Of a stretch of 64,000 bases of DNA, positions 11,630 to 21,474 are shown piece after piece (position 1 is the first letter of the stretch; every line of letters starts with the position of its first letter). Made by a program: the position numbers and the translations under genes. The notes beneath the pieces were generated by a model. The model did no database searches, was not told the DNA's origin, and saw nothing but the letters and a program-made list of their open reading frames with translations. This DNA comes from Solirubrobacteraceae bacterium (GTDB taxonomy: Bacteria; Actinomycetota; Thermoleophilia; Solirubrobacterales; Solirubrobacteraceae), in the NCBI GenBank assembly GCA_035485155.1, contig DATHOH010000029.1:23760-87759 (forward strand), in the 5' to 3' direction.

Positions 11630-12642
11630 CACAGATGCGCTACCGAGAGGCGCTGAACGCGGCGCTGCGCGAGGAGCTCGCACGCGACGAGCGCGTGGTG
11701 CTGATGGGCGAGGACATCGGCGTGTTCGGCGGCGCGTTCAAGGTCACGGACGGCCTGCTCGAGGAGTTCGGCGAGCGCCGTGTGCGCGACACGCCGATCT
11801 CGGAGAACACGATCGTGGGTGTCGGGGTCGGCGCAGCGATGACGGGCCTGCGCCCCGTGGTGGAGCTGATGACGATCAACTTCGCGCTGCTGGCGTTCGA
11901 CCAGATCGTCAACCACGCGGCGCACATCCACTACATGTTCGGCGGGCAGGCGCGGGTGCCGCTGGTTGTGCGGATGCCGCAGGGCGCCGGCCACCAGCTC
12001 GGGCCGACGCACTCGCACTGCCTGGAGGCGCTGTTCCTGCACGTTCCCGGCCTGCTGGTGGCGGTCCCGGCGACCGCCGCCGACGCGAAGGGCCTCTTGA
12101 AGAGCGCGATCCGCGACGAGAACCCGGTGATCTTCATCGAGCACGAGTCGCTGTACGGCGTGCGCGGCGAGGTGCCGGACGACGACGAGTACCTCGTGGG
12201 CTTCGGGCAGGCACGCGTCGCGCGCGAGGGCTCGGACGTGACGCTCGTGGGTATCTCGCGCATGGCGCTGACGGCGGAACGCGCCGCGGAGACGCTCGCC
12301 GCCGAGCACGGCGTGCAGGCGGAGGTGATCGACCCGCGCACGCTGCGCCCGCTCGACCTCGACACGATCCTCGCGTCGGTGCGCAAGACCAATCACTGCG
12401 TGATCGTCGAGGAGGGCTGGCCGCACGGCGGTGTCGGCGCGAATCTGGCGGCGCTGATCGGCGAACAGGCCTTCGACCACCTCGACGCGCCGGTCCAGCG
12501 GGTGACCGGGGCGGACGTGCCGATGCCGTACTCCAAGCCACTCGAGGATCTTGCGTACCCGCACGCGCCGCAGATCGTGGCGGCGGTGCTGGCGACGCTG
12601 AACCGCAGCTCGACGTCGGCGGCCACGGCGGGAGGCGCCTAG
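11626..12642 (+). CDS. pdhB: Pyruvate dehydrogenase E1 beta
   Basis: GEDIG, DTPISE, GPTHS, EVIDPRTLRPLD. Confidence 0.95.
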   Translation: MTQMRYREALNAALREELARDERVVLMGEDIGVFGGAFKVTDGLLEEFGERRVRDTPISENTIVGVGVGAAMTGLRPVVELMTINFALLAFDQIVNHAAHIHYMFGGQARVPLVVRMPQGAGHQLGPTHSHCLEALFLHVPGLLVAVPATAADAKGLLKSAIRDENPVIFIEHESLYGVRGEVPDDDEYLVGFGQARVAREGSDVTLVGISRMALTAERAAETLAAEHGVQAEVIDPRTLRPLDLDTILASVRKTNHCVIVEEGWPHGGVGANLAALIGEQAFDHLDAPVQRVTGADVPMPYSKPLEDLAYPHAPQIVAAVLATLNRSSTSAATAGGA

Positions 12643-13949
12643 TGGGCGAGATCGTGATGCCGCGACTGTCGGACACGATGGAGGAGGGCACGATCCTGCG
12701 CTGGCTGAAGGCCGACGGCGAGCAGGTGGCGCGCGGCGAGGAGCTCATCGAGATCGAGACCGACAAGGCGACGATGATCTACGAGTCCGATCAGGCAGGC
12801 GCTCTGCAGATCGTCGCCGACGCCGGCGCCACCCTGGCGGTGGGCGAGGTGATCGCGCGGGTCGGCGTGACCGCGGGCGACAGCGATGAAGGGCCGGCCT
12901 CCGGCGGGCCGGCGAGCGAGCGAGCCCGCGCGCAGACGCCTGTGGCAAGCTCCACGCTGGAGCGCGTGGCGGCGTCGCAGGAGCAACCCAACGGCGCCGA
13001 CGCCGCCGCAGGCGAGCGGATCAAGGCCTCGCCGCTGGCGCGGCGAATCGCCGGGGAGAGCGGCATCGATCTGCGGGGACTCACGGGCAGCGGCCCCGGC
13101 GGGCGGATCGTCAAGGCGGACGTGCTCGCGCCCGCCGCCGATTCGCCGTCAGCCGCCGCGCCGGGCGCGGCGCGCGCGGAGGCGGCTGCTGCGCCCGCTC
13201 GCGCGGGCGCCGCCCCACAGCCCGGCACGGATGCGCAGAGCGCGACCACTGCCAAGGGCGAGACGACGACGGTCGAGCTGTCGCGCACACAGCAGACGAT
13301 CGCGCGCAGGATGGCCGAGTCGAAGGCGACGATCCCAGAGTTCACGCTGCTGATCGACGTCGACATGGAGGAGTGCGTGAGGCTGCGTGTGGAGCTGAAG
13401 CAGATCTCACGCAGCGACACGGACAAGGCGCCGACGTACAACGACATGGTGGTCAAGGCTGCGGCGCTCGCGCTGCGCGAGCACCCGACCGCCAACGGCA
13501 GCTATCGCGACGGGCGGCTGCAGCTGCACTCACGCGTCAACGTGGGAGTCGCGGTGGCGGCCGAAAACGCGCTGGTCGTGCCAACGGTATTCGACGCCGA
13601 CGAGAAGTCACTCGGAGAGATCGCGCGTGAGACACACACGCTCGCCGATCGCGTGCGTGCGGGGACGATCACGCCACCGGAGCTCGGCGGCGGCACCTTC
13701 ACGGTGTCCAACCTCGGGATGTACGGCGTGCGCAGCTTCACCGCGATCATCAACCCGCCGCAGGCGGGAATCCTGTCGGTCGGTGCGTTGAGCCCGCGCG
13801 CGGTCGTGCGTGAGGGCCAGGTGGCCGCACGCAATACGCTCACCCTGACGCTCGCGTGCGACCACCGCATTCTCTACGGCGCCGAAGCCGCCGAGTTCCT
13901 CGCTCGCATTCGCGAGCTGCTGGAGCGCCCGTCGGCGCTCACGTTGTAA
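12642..13949 (+). CDS. pdhC: Dihydrolipoamide acetyltransferase (E2), one lipoyl domain
   Basis: MPRLSDTMEEG, EIETDKAT lipoyl Lys, ASPLARRIA E3-binding domain, DHRILYGA; GTG overlaps pdhB TAG. Confidence 0.94.
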   Translation: MGEIVMPRLSDTMEEGTILRWLKADGEQVARGEELIEIETDKATMIYESDQAGALQIVADAGATLAVGEVIARVGVTAGDSDEGPASGGPASERARAQTPVASSTLERVAASQEQPNGADAAAGERIKASPLARRIAGESGIDLRGLTGSGPGGRIVKADVLAPAADSPSAAAPGAARAEAAAAPARAGAAPQPGTDAQSATTAKGETTTVELSRTQQTIARRMAESKATIPEFTLLIDVDMEECVRLRVELKQISRSDTDKAPTYNDMVVKAAALALREHPTANGSYRDGRLQLHSRVNVGVAVAAENALVVPTVFDADEKSLGEIARETHTLADRVRAGTITPPELGGGTFTVSNLGMYGVRSFTAIINPPQAGILSVGALSPRAVVREGQVAARNTLTLTLACDHRILYGAEAAEFLARIRELLERPSALTL

Positions 13950-13955
13950 CAGGGT

Positions 13956-14432
13956 CTATCTCATCAGCAGTTTCAGGCCCTCCGTCAGATCGGCGCGGCC
14001 TTTCTTGACCGCAGTGTCTGCCTTTTCTGCATCTTCCTTGGCCGCCGACGGGCTGGCGGCTTTCTCACTGAACGCGCTCTTCAAATGTTCATATGCGACG
14101 ATCACCGCCTGCAAGCCTCTCTCGAGGTCGGCCTTGCCTTTCTTGACGCGGGCGGCTGTTGCCGACTGTTTGGCGATCTTGGACTTCAGCGATCGCAAGA
14201 CGCCGATCGCATTGTCAAGCGCGGTTAGGACCGGTGCGGCGTCGTGCGTGCTCTTGTACTCGCCGATCGCCGTCAACAGCTTGCCTTCGGAGGTGATGAT
14301 TTTTCCGTTGTAGCTACTGACGAGCGATTTGATGCTGCCCGCACTCGCCGGCGCGCTCGCTACAACCACCAGCATTGCCGCAGTGAGCGCCACAATGCAC
14401 GCAAGCACCCGTACCGGCGTCCTTCGATTCAT
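13956..14432 (-). CDS. Secreted hypothetical protein, Lys/Ala-rich, probably helical
   Basis: Signal peptide MNRRTPVRVLACIVALTAAMLVVVASAPASA; SD GAAAGGA. Confidence 0.75.
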   Translation of the reverse strand: MNRRTPVRVLACIVALTAAMLVVVASAPASAGSIKSLVSSYNGKIITSEGKLLTAIGEYKSTHDAAPVLTALDNAIGVLRSLKSKIAKQSATAARVKKGKADLERGLQAVIVAYEHLKSAFSEKAASPSAAKEDAEKADTAVKKGRADLTEGLKLLMR

Positions 14433-14930
14433 ATCGTCCTTTCCATTGCTCGGCGTCCAACGGCCTGGACCCCCGCACGCAAGGCGTCTCGAGCTCTGGC
14501 TTGTCCCTCGGCCCGTAGTTATCCGAATCCTGGACTTTCAAACGGTGTCGAGTGAGTAGGCGCGTGCTCGTTGTGCTCGTGAGGCACCTCCTACAGAGGC
14601 TTTACGCGTCACTCATACAGAGGCGCGATGCTGATCGGTGGAGAGGCACCCGACATCAAACGATGGAGACGACCATGCCTCACAACACGCCGATATACAC
14701 ATCACCTCAGCCACCAGCCGTCGGGACCGGAGGCGGCAGACGCGCTCGCATAGACAGTGACGCGCGTGCGAGGAATTTCACAACTCGTCGCGACGGCGAC
14801 AGTCTGATCGAGCGGATCGTGTTTGAGCACGCGCGCAGCCTGCGGCCGAGCCGGCGTTCTGGAACGCATGCGCGTGTCGCGCACCCGCGGATGCTCGACA
14901 ACTCTCCGCACCGCTGCTAGGTTTCCGCCG

Positions 14931-15809
14931 ATGGGGCGACGTGCGGCCATCCGGCCAGTCCTCAGGCGCTACGCCCCGCGGTCGTTGCGTTCGGAGGGCT
15001 ATCAGCTGCGGCGTCTTGGTCCGCGCGGCTACCTCCGACGCGCGTGGCGCAGCCGTGTGATGCAGCACGCGCCCGAGCCCGAGGCCAACGCGCCGTTCGA
15101 CATCGGCGCACCGGTGCCGATCATCCTCCACGCATCGACGTTGAACGGGGTCAAGTCGCATTGGCTCGACCGCGGCGGTGGGACAGCTGAGCTGGACGCG
15201 TTCAAGAGGCTGGCTCCCGGGCACAGCACATTCCTCGACATCGGAGCCGCCGGTGGCATCTTCGCAGCGGCCTTCTGCGCGTTCACCGGCGGACGTGCCT
15301 ATGCATTTGAGCCATCTCCTGGGATGTATGCGCGGCTCACCGCATTGCGGGACACGAACCCGAGCTTCGCTATCGAGCCGTTTCAGATCGCGCTCGGCGC
15401 AGTCTCCGGGCCGCAACCGATGCTCGCCCACGGTCCCCAATTTCGCGGCGTCGCCGACGCAGCGGCAGGGAGCATGACGATCAGCGTTCAGACGCTGGAT
15501 GACTTCGCGGCGGCGCACGAGCTGAAACCTGACTTCGCGAAGATCGATGTCGAGGGCATGGAGCTCGAGGTGCTGAGGGGTGGAGCGAGCACGTTCAGCT
15601 CGGTCGACGCGATCATGCTCGAGGTGCACCCGAGGATGCTCGCCGGCGAGCACGCGATCTCAGAGATGGAGGCCCTCCTCCTCGATCTTGGCTTCGCGCT
15701 GTTCACGCTCGAGTTCGAGCCGATCACCGACCTCGCCGAACGGGTGCGAGGACCTCGCGGGATGCCCTCGCGCGCGATCAACATCGTCTGCCGACGGACG
15801 CCCGCTTGA
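14931..15809 (+). CDS. FkbM-family SAM-dependent methyltransferase
   Basis: FLDIGAAGG, AFEPSP, QTLDD, KIDVEGMELEVLRG; start chosen 7 nt after TAGGTT. Confidence 0.88.
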   Translation: MGRRAAIRPVLRRYAPRSLRSEGYQLRRLGPRGYLRRAWRSRVMQHAPEPEANAPFDIGAPVPIILHASTLNGVKSHWLDRGGGTAELDAFKRLAPGHSTFLDIGAAGGIFAAAFCAFTGGRAYAFEPSPGMYARLTALRDTNPSFAIEPFQIALGAVSGPQPMLAHGPQFRGVADAAAGSMTISVQTLDDFAAAHELKPDFAKIDVEGMELEVLRGGASTFSSVDAIMLEVHPRMLAGEHAISEMEALLLDLGFALFTLEFEPITDLAERVRGPRGMPSRAINIVCRRTPA

Positions 15810-15907
15810 TAGATGCCCGCATGCACGACCGCCGCCCGCCGCCCGCCGGCGGCCGACCGCCGCCCGCTGCGAGCAAACCAGTGCGTCGCTAGGCTGGTGG
15901 GGGACCG

Positions 15908-16684
15908 ATGAGAACAGTGAATGGATCGCGCGATGAGCTCTGGGTGTGCCACCTGGGGGTTGTTCGCTACCGCGACGCGCTGGCGGTCCAGCAGCAGCTC
16001 TGCGCACGGCGCCAGGCCGACGAGCTGCCCGACACGCTGCTGCTGCTCGAGCATCCGCCTGTCTACACGCGCGGTCGCCGCTCCGAGGCCGAGGACCTGC
16101 CGCTCGGCGAGGACTTCTATCGCGCCAAAGGCATCGACGTCGAAGCCAGCGATCGCGGCGGCAGGCTCACCTACCACGGTCCCGGCCAGCTCGTCGGCTA
16201 TCCGATCATGCGTATCGACGACGTTCACCGCTACCTGCGCAGCATGGAAGACGCGATCATCGTCGCGCTCGCCGGCGCCGGCGTGAACGCGCGCTCCCGC
16301 CACGACGAGGGCATCGACTACACCGGCGTGTGGGTGCAGGAGCGCAAGATCGCCTCGATCGGCGTGCACGTCTCGCGCGGCGTCACCACGCACGGCTTCG
16401 CCGTCAACGTCGACAACGACCTCGACCCGTTCACCTGGGTCGTCGCATGCGGACTTCCCGATGTCGCGATGACATCCATCGCTCAGGAGACCGCCGGCGC
16501 CGGTGAAGGACTCGCGTGCTTTCGCAAGCGCGTCGCCTTCAGCTTCGCTGAAGCGCACGGCAGGCGCCAGCGGCTGGTCTCGCCGACGCGTCTCGGCATC
16601 GACACCGCGCACGCCGACAGGCGAGCGGAGCGAGCCCCCATAAAAACAATCTCAGCACCCCTGGTCGAGCCGGTGCCGGCGTGA
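15908..16684 (+). CDS. lipB: Lipoyl(octanoyl) transferase
   Basis: LLLEHPPVYTRG, DRGGRLTYHGPGQLVGYP, KIASIGV, HGFAVN. Confidence 0.96.
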   Translation: MRTVNGSRDELWVCHLGVVRYRDALAVQQQLCARRQADELPDTLLLLEHPPVYTRGRRSEAEDLPLGEDFYRAKGIDVEASDRGGRLTYHGPGQLVGYPIMRIDDVHRYLRSMEDAIIVALAGAGVNARSRHDEGIDYTGVWVQERKIASIGVHVSRGVTTHGFAVNVDNDLDPFTWVVACGLPDVAMTSIAQETAGAGEGLACFRKRVAFSFAEAHGRRQRLVSPTRLGIDTAHADRRAERAPIKTISAPLVEPVPA

Positions 16685-17646
16685 GCGCAACGAGATCCCG
16701 CTCCAATCCCGGCGGCATGGACGTGCTCGAGGTGCTCGGGTCCGACGTGCGGCCGTTGCGAGGGCGCAAGCCACCGTGGTTCAAGGTGCCGCCACCCGGC
16801 GGGCAGCGCTACCGCGAGCTGACCGAGCTGATCCGCTCGGAGAACCTGCACACGGTCTGCCAGGAGGCCGCCTGCCCGAACGTCGGCGAGTGCTGGGAGC
16901 GCGGCACCGCCACGTTCATGATCCTCGGCGACACCTGCACCCGGCGCTGCGGCTTCTGCAACGTCAAGACCGGCAAGCCGACCTGGAACGACCCGCTCGA
17001 GCCGGCGCGCGTCGCGCGCTCGATCGCGCGCATGGGCCTGCGCCACGCCGTGATCACGTCGGTCGACCGCGACGACCTGCCCGACAAGGGCGCCTCTGCG
17101 TTCGTCGGCGTCATCCGTCAGGTCCGCCGTCAGGCCCCCGGCTGCCAGATCGAGGTGCTCACGCCCGACTTCCAAGGCCAGGAGATGCCGCTCGCGAAGG
17201 TCATCGCAGAGCGCCCCGACGTGTTCAACCACAACGTCGAGGTCGTCCCGCGCCTGTACCCCGTCGCCCGTCGCGGCTCCCAGTTCGCGCGCTCGTGCCG
17301 CGTGCTGCGCCTCGCGCACGAGCTCGGCGAGGGCGACGTCGTGACCAAGTCGGGGCTGATGGTCGGTCTCGGCGAGACACACGACGAGCTCCTCGAGGCG
17401 TTCGCCGCGCTGCGCGAGCATCGCGTGCAGGTGCTCACCGTCGGGCAGTACCTGCGGCCCTCCGAGCGCCACCTGCCAGTCGTGCGCTACTGGCACCCCG
17501 ACGAGTTCGCTGCGCTCGAGGCGGCCGCATACGAGCTCGGCTTCGATCACGTCGCCGCCGGTCCGCTCGTGCGCTCCTCATACCACGCCGACCAGCACGT
17601 GCCGCAAGGGCTCGCCGGTGTGGGGCCGGTGGCAGCGCAGGCGTAG
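16681..17646 (+). CDS. lipA: Lipoyl synthase
   Basis: CQEAACPNVGEC, CTRRCGFC radical SAM motif, RSSYHA. Confidence 0.97.
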   Translation: MSATRSRSNPGGMDVLEVLGSDVRPLRGRKPPWFKVPPPGGQRYRELTELIRSENLHTVCQEAACPNVGECWERGTATFMILGDTCTRRCGFCNVKTGKPTWNDPLEPARVARSIARMGLRHAVITSVDRDDLPDKGASAFVGVIRQVRRQAPGCQIEVLTPDFQGQEMPLAKVIAERPDVFNHNVEVVPRLYPVARRGSQFARSCRVLRLAHELGEGDVVTKSGLMVGLGETHDELLEAFAALREHRVQVLTVGQYLRPSERHLPVVRYWHPDEFAALEAAAYELGFDHVAAGPLVRSSYHADQHVPQGLAGVGPVAAQA

Positions 17647-17709
17647 CCGCGCCGCCGTCGCTGCCGGTGTACTAGCAGCGATGTCGCCGCCAACGAGACG
17701 ACGCTGCGC

Positions 17710-17898
17710 ATGACCCGTCTCGTCGTGTTCGGCGCGCTGCTGTTCTTCATCGCCGGCCTCGCCTTCCTGACGGTCGTCGCGATCATCGAGGAGGGCATCA
17801 ACGTCTTGACCGTTGCCTCCGTGCTCGTCGTCTCGCTGCTCTCGATCGGCATCGTCGGCGCGGTCGTCGGCGCGCTGCGCAATCCTCCTCGGCAATGA
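17710..17898 (+). CDS. Small two-TM membrane protein
   Basis: 62 aa, two hydrophobic helices; ATGA overlap with next gene. Confidence 0.65.
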   Translation: MTRLVVFGALLFFIAGLAFLTVVAIIEEGINVLTVASVLVVSLLSIGIVGAVVGALRNPPRQ

Positions 17899-18989
17899 GC
17901 ATCTCGCCGTTCCTCACGCCCGGGCACAGCCGCAACCGCCGCGCGCACGCCGCAAGGCGCCGGCGCAGACGCCGGATCGCGCTCGGCGTGCTGGCGCTGG
18001 CGGTGCTCGGCGGGCTGCTCGTGAAGATGGACTTCGCCAGCGGTTCAGGCGGGCGCACCCACCCGCGCGCGCATGCGAGCGCCCGCGTGCACCCGACGTC
18101 GCACCCTGCGCCCCCCGCCGGGCCGCTGTCGCCCGCCGGCCTGCCGCTCGCCAGACCCGCGCTCGCGCTCAGTGGGATCTCCTCACCGCAGCTGGACCCC
18201 GTCCATGTCACCTTCGCGAACCCGCCACGCGCCGCGCTGCTGTTCAACCTCTCCAGCGGCCGCGTCCTCTGGCAGCGCAACGCCTATGCGCGCGTGCCGA
18301 TCGCCAGCCTCACGAAGATGATGACCGCGCTGCTGACCGTGGAGTCAGCCCCACCGGACGCGCCGGTGCGGATCACTCGCCAGGCAGTCGACATGCCCGG
18401 CTCGAAGCTCGGCGTGCTGCCGCTCGGGCACCACGTGCGCCTCGAGAGCCTGCTCTACGGGCTGCTGCTGCCGTCCGGCAACGACGCCGCGGTCGCGCTG
18501 GCCCAGCACGTCGCCGGCAGCCTCAAGAGCTTCGTCGCACGCATGAATCTGCAAGCCGCCCGGCTCGGACTCGGCTGCACGCGCTTCTCATCCCCGTCCG
18601 GCTACTACAACGCCCACAACTTCTCCTGCGCCGCCGACCTCGCCGTGCTCGCGCACGTCGACATGCAGCAGCCGCGCATCGCGAGCGTCGTCAAGACCTA
18701 CTCCGCCGTGCTCCCGTTCCCAATCAAGGGCGGCAAGCTCTACCTCTACAACAACAACCCGCTGCTCATCTACAGGTACCCCGGCGTCACCGGCATGAAG
18801 ACGGGCCAGACGGAAGCCGCCGGGCGCTGCCTCGTCGCGACGGCCGAGCGCCACGGCGTGCGTCTCGGCGTGATCGTGCTCAACTCCAACGCTCCCGGCA
18901 CGCAGGCTCGCCAGCTGCTCGACCTCGGCTTCGAGAACGTCTACCACCAGCCGATCGTGCCCGAGCCACCGTTTCCGCCCGGGGCCTGA
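17895..18989 (+). CDS. D-alanyl-D-alanine carboxypeptidase (peptidase S11)
   Basis: ASLTK (SxxK), SGN (SxN), KTG; N-terminal TM anchor. Confidence 0.92.
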   Translation: MSISPFLTPGHSRNRRAHAARRRRRRRIALGVLALAVLGGLLVKMDFASGSGGRTHPRAHASARVHPTSHPAPPAGPLSPAGLPLARPALALSGISSPQLDPVHVTFANPPRAALLFNLSSGRVLWQRNAYARVPIASLTKMMTALLTVESAPPDAPVRITRQAVDMPGSKLGVLPLGHHVRLESLLYGLLLPSGNDAAVALAQHVAGSLKSFVARMNLQAARLGLGCTRFSSPSGYYNAHNFSCAADLAVLAHVDMQQPRIASVVKTYSAVLPFPIKGGKLYLYNNNPLLIYRYPGVTGMKTGQTEAAGRCLVATAERHGVRLGVIVLNSNAPGTQARQLLDLGFENVYHQPIVPEPPFPPGA

Positions 18990-19069
18990 GCCTCGCCGCG
19001 ATAGCCATGGTTATACAGCGGTTGCGATTGGACACCGGCAACCCCGGAGGTGTACCGTTCCAGGTCCGC

Positions 19070-19088
19070 TAGATTGACTGGTCAGTCA
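19070..19088 (+). promoter_or_regulatory. -10 box TAGATT overlapped by palindrome TGACTG-GT-CAGTCA (candidate repressor operator)
   Basis: Perfect 6-bp arms at 19075-19080 and 19083-19088, just upstream of SD AAAGGAGG. Confidence 0.6.
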
Positions 19089-19103
19089 GCCAAAGGAGGC
19101 GCT

Positions 19104-20321
19104 GTGGATCTCGACGACACACCCGAGCAGGCCGCATACCGTGCGCAGGTGCACAGCTGGCTCGACGAGCACAGGGGCGAAGCGCCCATCTTGCATGGCC
19201 CCGGAGCGCTCGAGGACGAGGGCGAGATCGTCGCCGCACGGCGTGTCTGGCAGGGCAAGCTCGCGGAGGGCGGGCTCGCGGGCGTCACCTGGCCGAAGGA
19301 GTACGGCGGCCAGGGGCTCGGGCCGATCGAGCAGGTCATCTGCAACCAGGAGATCGCGCGCGCAAAAGTGCCGGGCATCCTCGACGCGATCGGCGTCGGC
19401 ATGCTCGGGCCGACGATCATCGCCCACGGCTCCGAGGAGCAGAAGTCGCGCTATCTCGGGCCGATGCTCCACGGGGACGAGGTGTGGTGCCAGCTGTTCT
19501 CCGAGCCCGCCGCCGGCTCCGACCTCGCCGCCGTGCAGACACGCGCGCGCCAGCAGGATGACGGCACGTGGCGCCTGTCCGGACAGAAGGTGTGGACGAC
19601 CAACGCGCAGTTCGCCTCCTACGGTCTGCTGCTCGCGCGCACCGACGCCGACGTCCCCAAGCACAAGGGCCTGACGATGTTCGTCGTGCCGATGGACGCC
19701 GCGGGCGTCACCGTGCGCGGCCTGCGCCAGATCTCGGGCGAGGCCGAGTTCAACGAGGTGTTCTTCGACGACGTCGCGCTCGAGGAGGGCGCCGTCGTGG
19801 GCGGCGTCGGCAATGGCTGGGGCACGGGCCTGACGACGCTGATGTTCGAGCGCGTCACGATCGGCCTCGGCAGCGAGGGCATGGGCTACAGCTCCACCCG
19901 CTTCGCCGGCGCCATCGCCGCCGATGAGCACGCGCGGCGCGACCCCGAGGTGCGCCACCGCCTCGGCGAGATCGCAAGCGAACTGCTCGCCGTCAGGTTC
20001 ACCGGCTACCGCACGCTCACCGCGCTGCAGAAAGGCCAGATCCCCGGTCCTGAGGCAGGGCTCGCAAAGGTCACGATCGTCAGCGGCGCAATCAAGGCGG
20101 GGGATCTGATCGCCGACGTGATCGGCCCCGACGCGCTGTCCGAGGACAGCGAGTGGGCGTACATGATCTCGTTCCTGCCAGGCCTGAAGTCAGCGGGCGG
20201 CACCGAAGAGATCCTCAAGAACACCGTCGGCGAGCGCGTCCTCGGGCTGCCGCCCGAGCCACGTCTCGACAAGGGCATCCCATTCTCGGAGCTGCGCTCC
20301 AAGGAAGGAGCAGCGGCATGA
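19104..20321 (+). CDS. Acyl-CoA dehydrogenase, catalytic-type subunit
   Basis: WCQLFSEPAAGSDLA, GQKVWTT, EFNEVFFDDV, GGTEEI. Confidence 0.92.
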   Translation: MDLDDTPEQAAYRAQVHSWLDEHRGEAPILHGPGALEDEGEIVAARRVWQGKLAEGGLAGVTWPKEYGGQGLGPIEQVICNQEIARAKVPGILDAIGVGMLGPTIIAHGSEEQKSRYLGPMLHGDEVWCQLFSEPAAGSDLAAVQTRARQQDDGTWRLSGQKVWTTNAQFASYGLLLARTDADVPKHKGLTMFVVPMDAAGVTVRGLRQISGEAEFNEVFFDDVALEEGAVVGGVGNGWGTGLTTLMFERVTIGLGSEGMGYSSTRFAGAIAADEHARRDPEVRHRLGEIASELLAVRFTGYRTLTALQKGQIPGPEAGLAKVTIVSGAIKAGDLIADVIGPDALSEDSEWAYMISFLPGLKSAGGTEEILKNTVGERVLGLPPEPRLDKGIPFSELRSKEGAAA

Positions 20322-21457
20322 ACCTCGCACTCTCAGACGAGCAGGTGTTCCTGCGCGAGGCCGCCCGCGGCGCGCTCTCGCGCTTCAAGACGCTGCAGGC
20401 CGCACGCGAGGCGCTCGACGGCAACGAGAACGCGCTGCCCGACCTGTGGCCCACCGCCAGAGAGGCCGGCTGGCCCGGTCTGCTGATCGACGAAGCAAAC
20501 GGCGGCGCCGGGCTCGACGCGTTCGACGCGATGCTCGTGCTCGGCGAGTGCGGGCGCGTGCTCGCCGGCATCCCGCTGCTCGGGCACCTGCCCGCGACCG
20601 CGATCCTCGGCGACGCCCCCAACGCAGTCGAGATGTTGGGAGACCTCGCCACGGGTGAGCGCCGGGCTGCGTATCTGCCCGCGCAGCCTCCCAGCGAGCT
20701 CGAACAGCGCTGGAGTGCCGACCCCGCGAGCGGGGCCGCGCGCGTGCCGCTGGCGAGCGTCGGCGCGCCCGGCCAGGATGGCCGCGCGACCGTCACCGGC
20801 AACTTTGCGTTCGTGCCCGACGCCCCCGGCGCCGACACGCTCGTCGGCGTCGCGCTGCGCGAGGGGCAGCCAGTCGGCGTCGCGATCGAGGCCGACGCGC
20901 CCGGCGTCAGCATCGAGCCGACGCGCCGCTACGACGCGACCCGCTCGCTCGGGCACGTCACGCTCGAGAACGCTCCGGCACTGGTACTCGACGCTCCCGA
21001 AGAGTCGCTCGTCGCCGCCTGGTATCTCGCGCAGGCGCTGATCGCCGCAGAGTCGCTCGGCAGCGTCGAAACCGCGCTCGACGTGTCCGTCGCATACGCC
21101 AAGGAGCGCTTCACCTTCGGTCGCGCGATCGGCTCCTACCAGGCCGTCAAGCACGCGCTCACCGAGGTTCTGCGTCAGCTCGAGAACGGCCGCTCGCTGC
21201 TCTACTACGCCGGCTGGGCGCGCAACGGCGGGCCCGGGGAGTTCGCGCTCGCCGCCAGCGCCGCGCGCTCGGTCGGCGGTCGCGCGCTCGACGAGGCCGC
21301 CCGCACGATGATCTCGGTCCACGGTGGCATCGGCGCCACCTGGGAGCACGACGCGCCGCTCTACTTCCGCCGCGCGCAGCTCTCGCGACGGCTGCTCGGT
21401 GGCACCGGCCAGGCGACCGACAGGGTCGCCGGCGAGCTGATCGCGCAGGCCGCCTGA
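20318..21457 (+). CDS. Acyl-CoA dehydrogenase, partner subunit (probably lacks catalytic Glu)
   Basis: YAKERFTFGRAIGSYQAVKH, VHGGIGATWEHD; ATGA coupling. Confidence 0.88.
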   Translation: MNLALSDEQVFLREAARGALSRFKTLQAAREALDGNENALPDLWPTAREAGWPGLLIDEANGGAGLDAFDAMLVLGECGRVLAGIPLLGHLPATAILGDAPNAVEMLGDLATGERRAAYLPAQPPSELEQRWSADPASGAARVPLASVGAPGQDGRATVTGNFAFVPDAPGADTLVGVALREGQPVGVAIEADAPGVSIEPTRRYDATRSLGHVTLENAPALVLDAPEESLVAAWYLAQALIAAESLGSVETALDVSVAYAKERFTFGRAIGSYQAVKHALTEVLRQLENGRSLLYYAGWARNGGPGEFALAASAARSVGGRALDEAARTMISVHGGIGATWEHDAPLYFRRAQLSRRLLGGTGQATDRVAGELIAQAA

Positions 21458-21474
21458 GCGGGCGGGCGGGGCGA

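Noticed and set aside
14440-14550. Cyclic-dinucleotide riboswitch upstream of the secreted protein
   Set aside because: No convincing c-di-GMP or c-di-AMP core motifs by eye; an Rfam scan would settle it.
17681-17713. 10-codon uORF (MSPPTRRRCA) overlapping ATG 17710
   Set aside because: No SD and no clear -10 box; likely chance.
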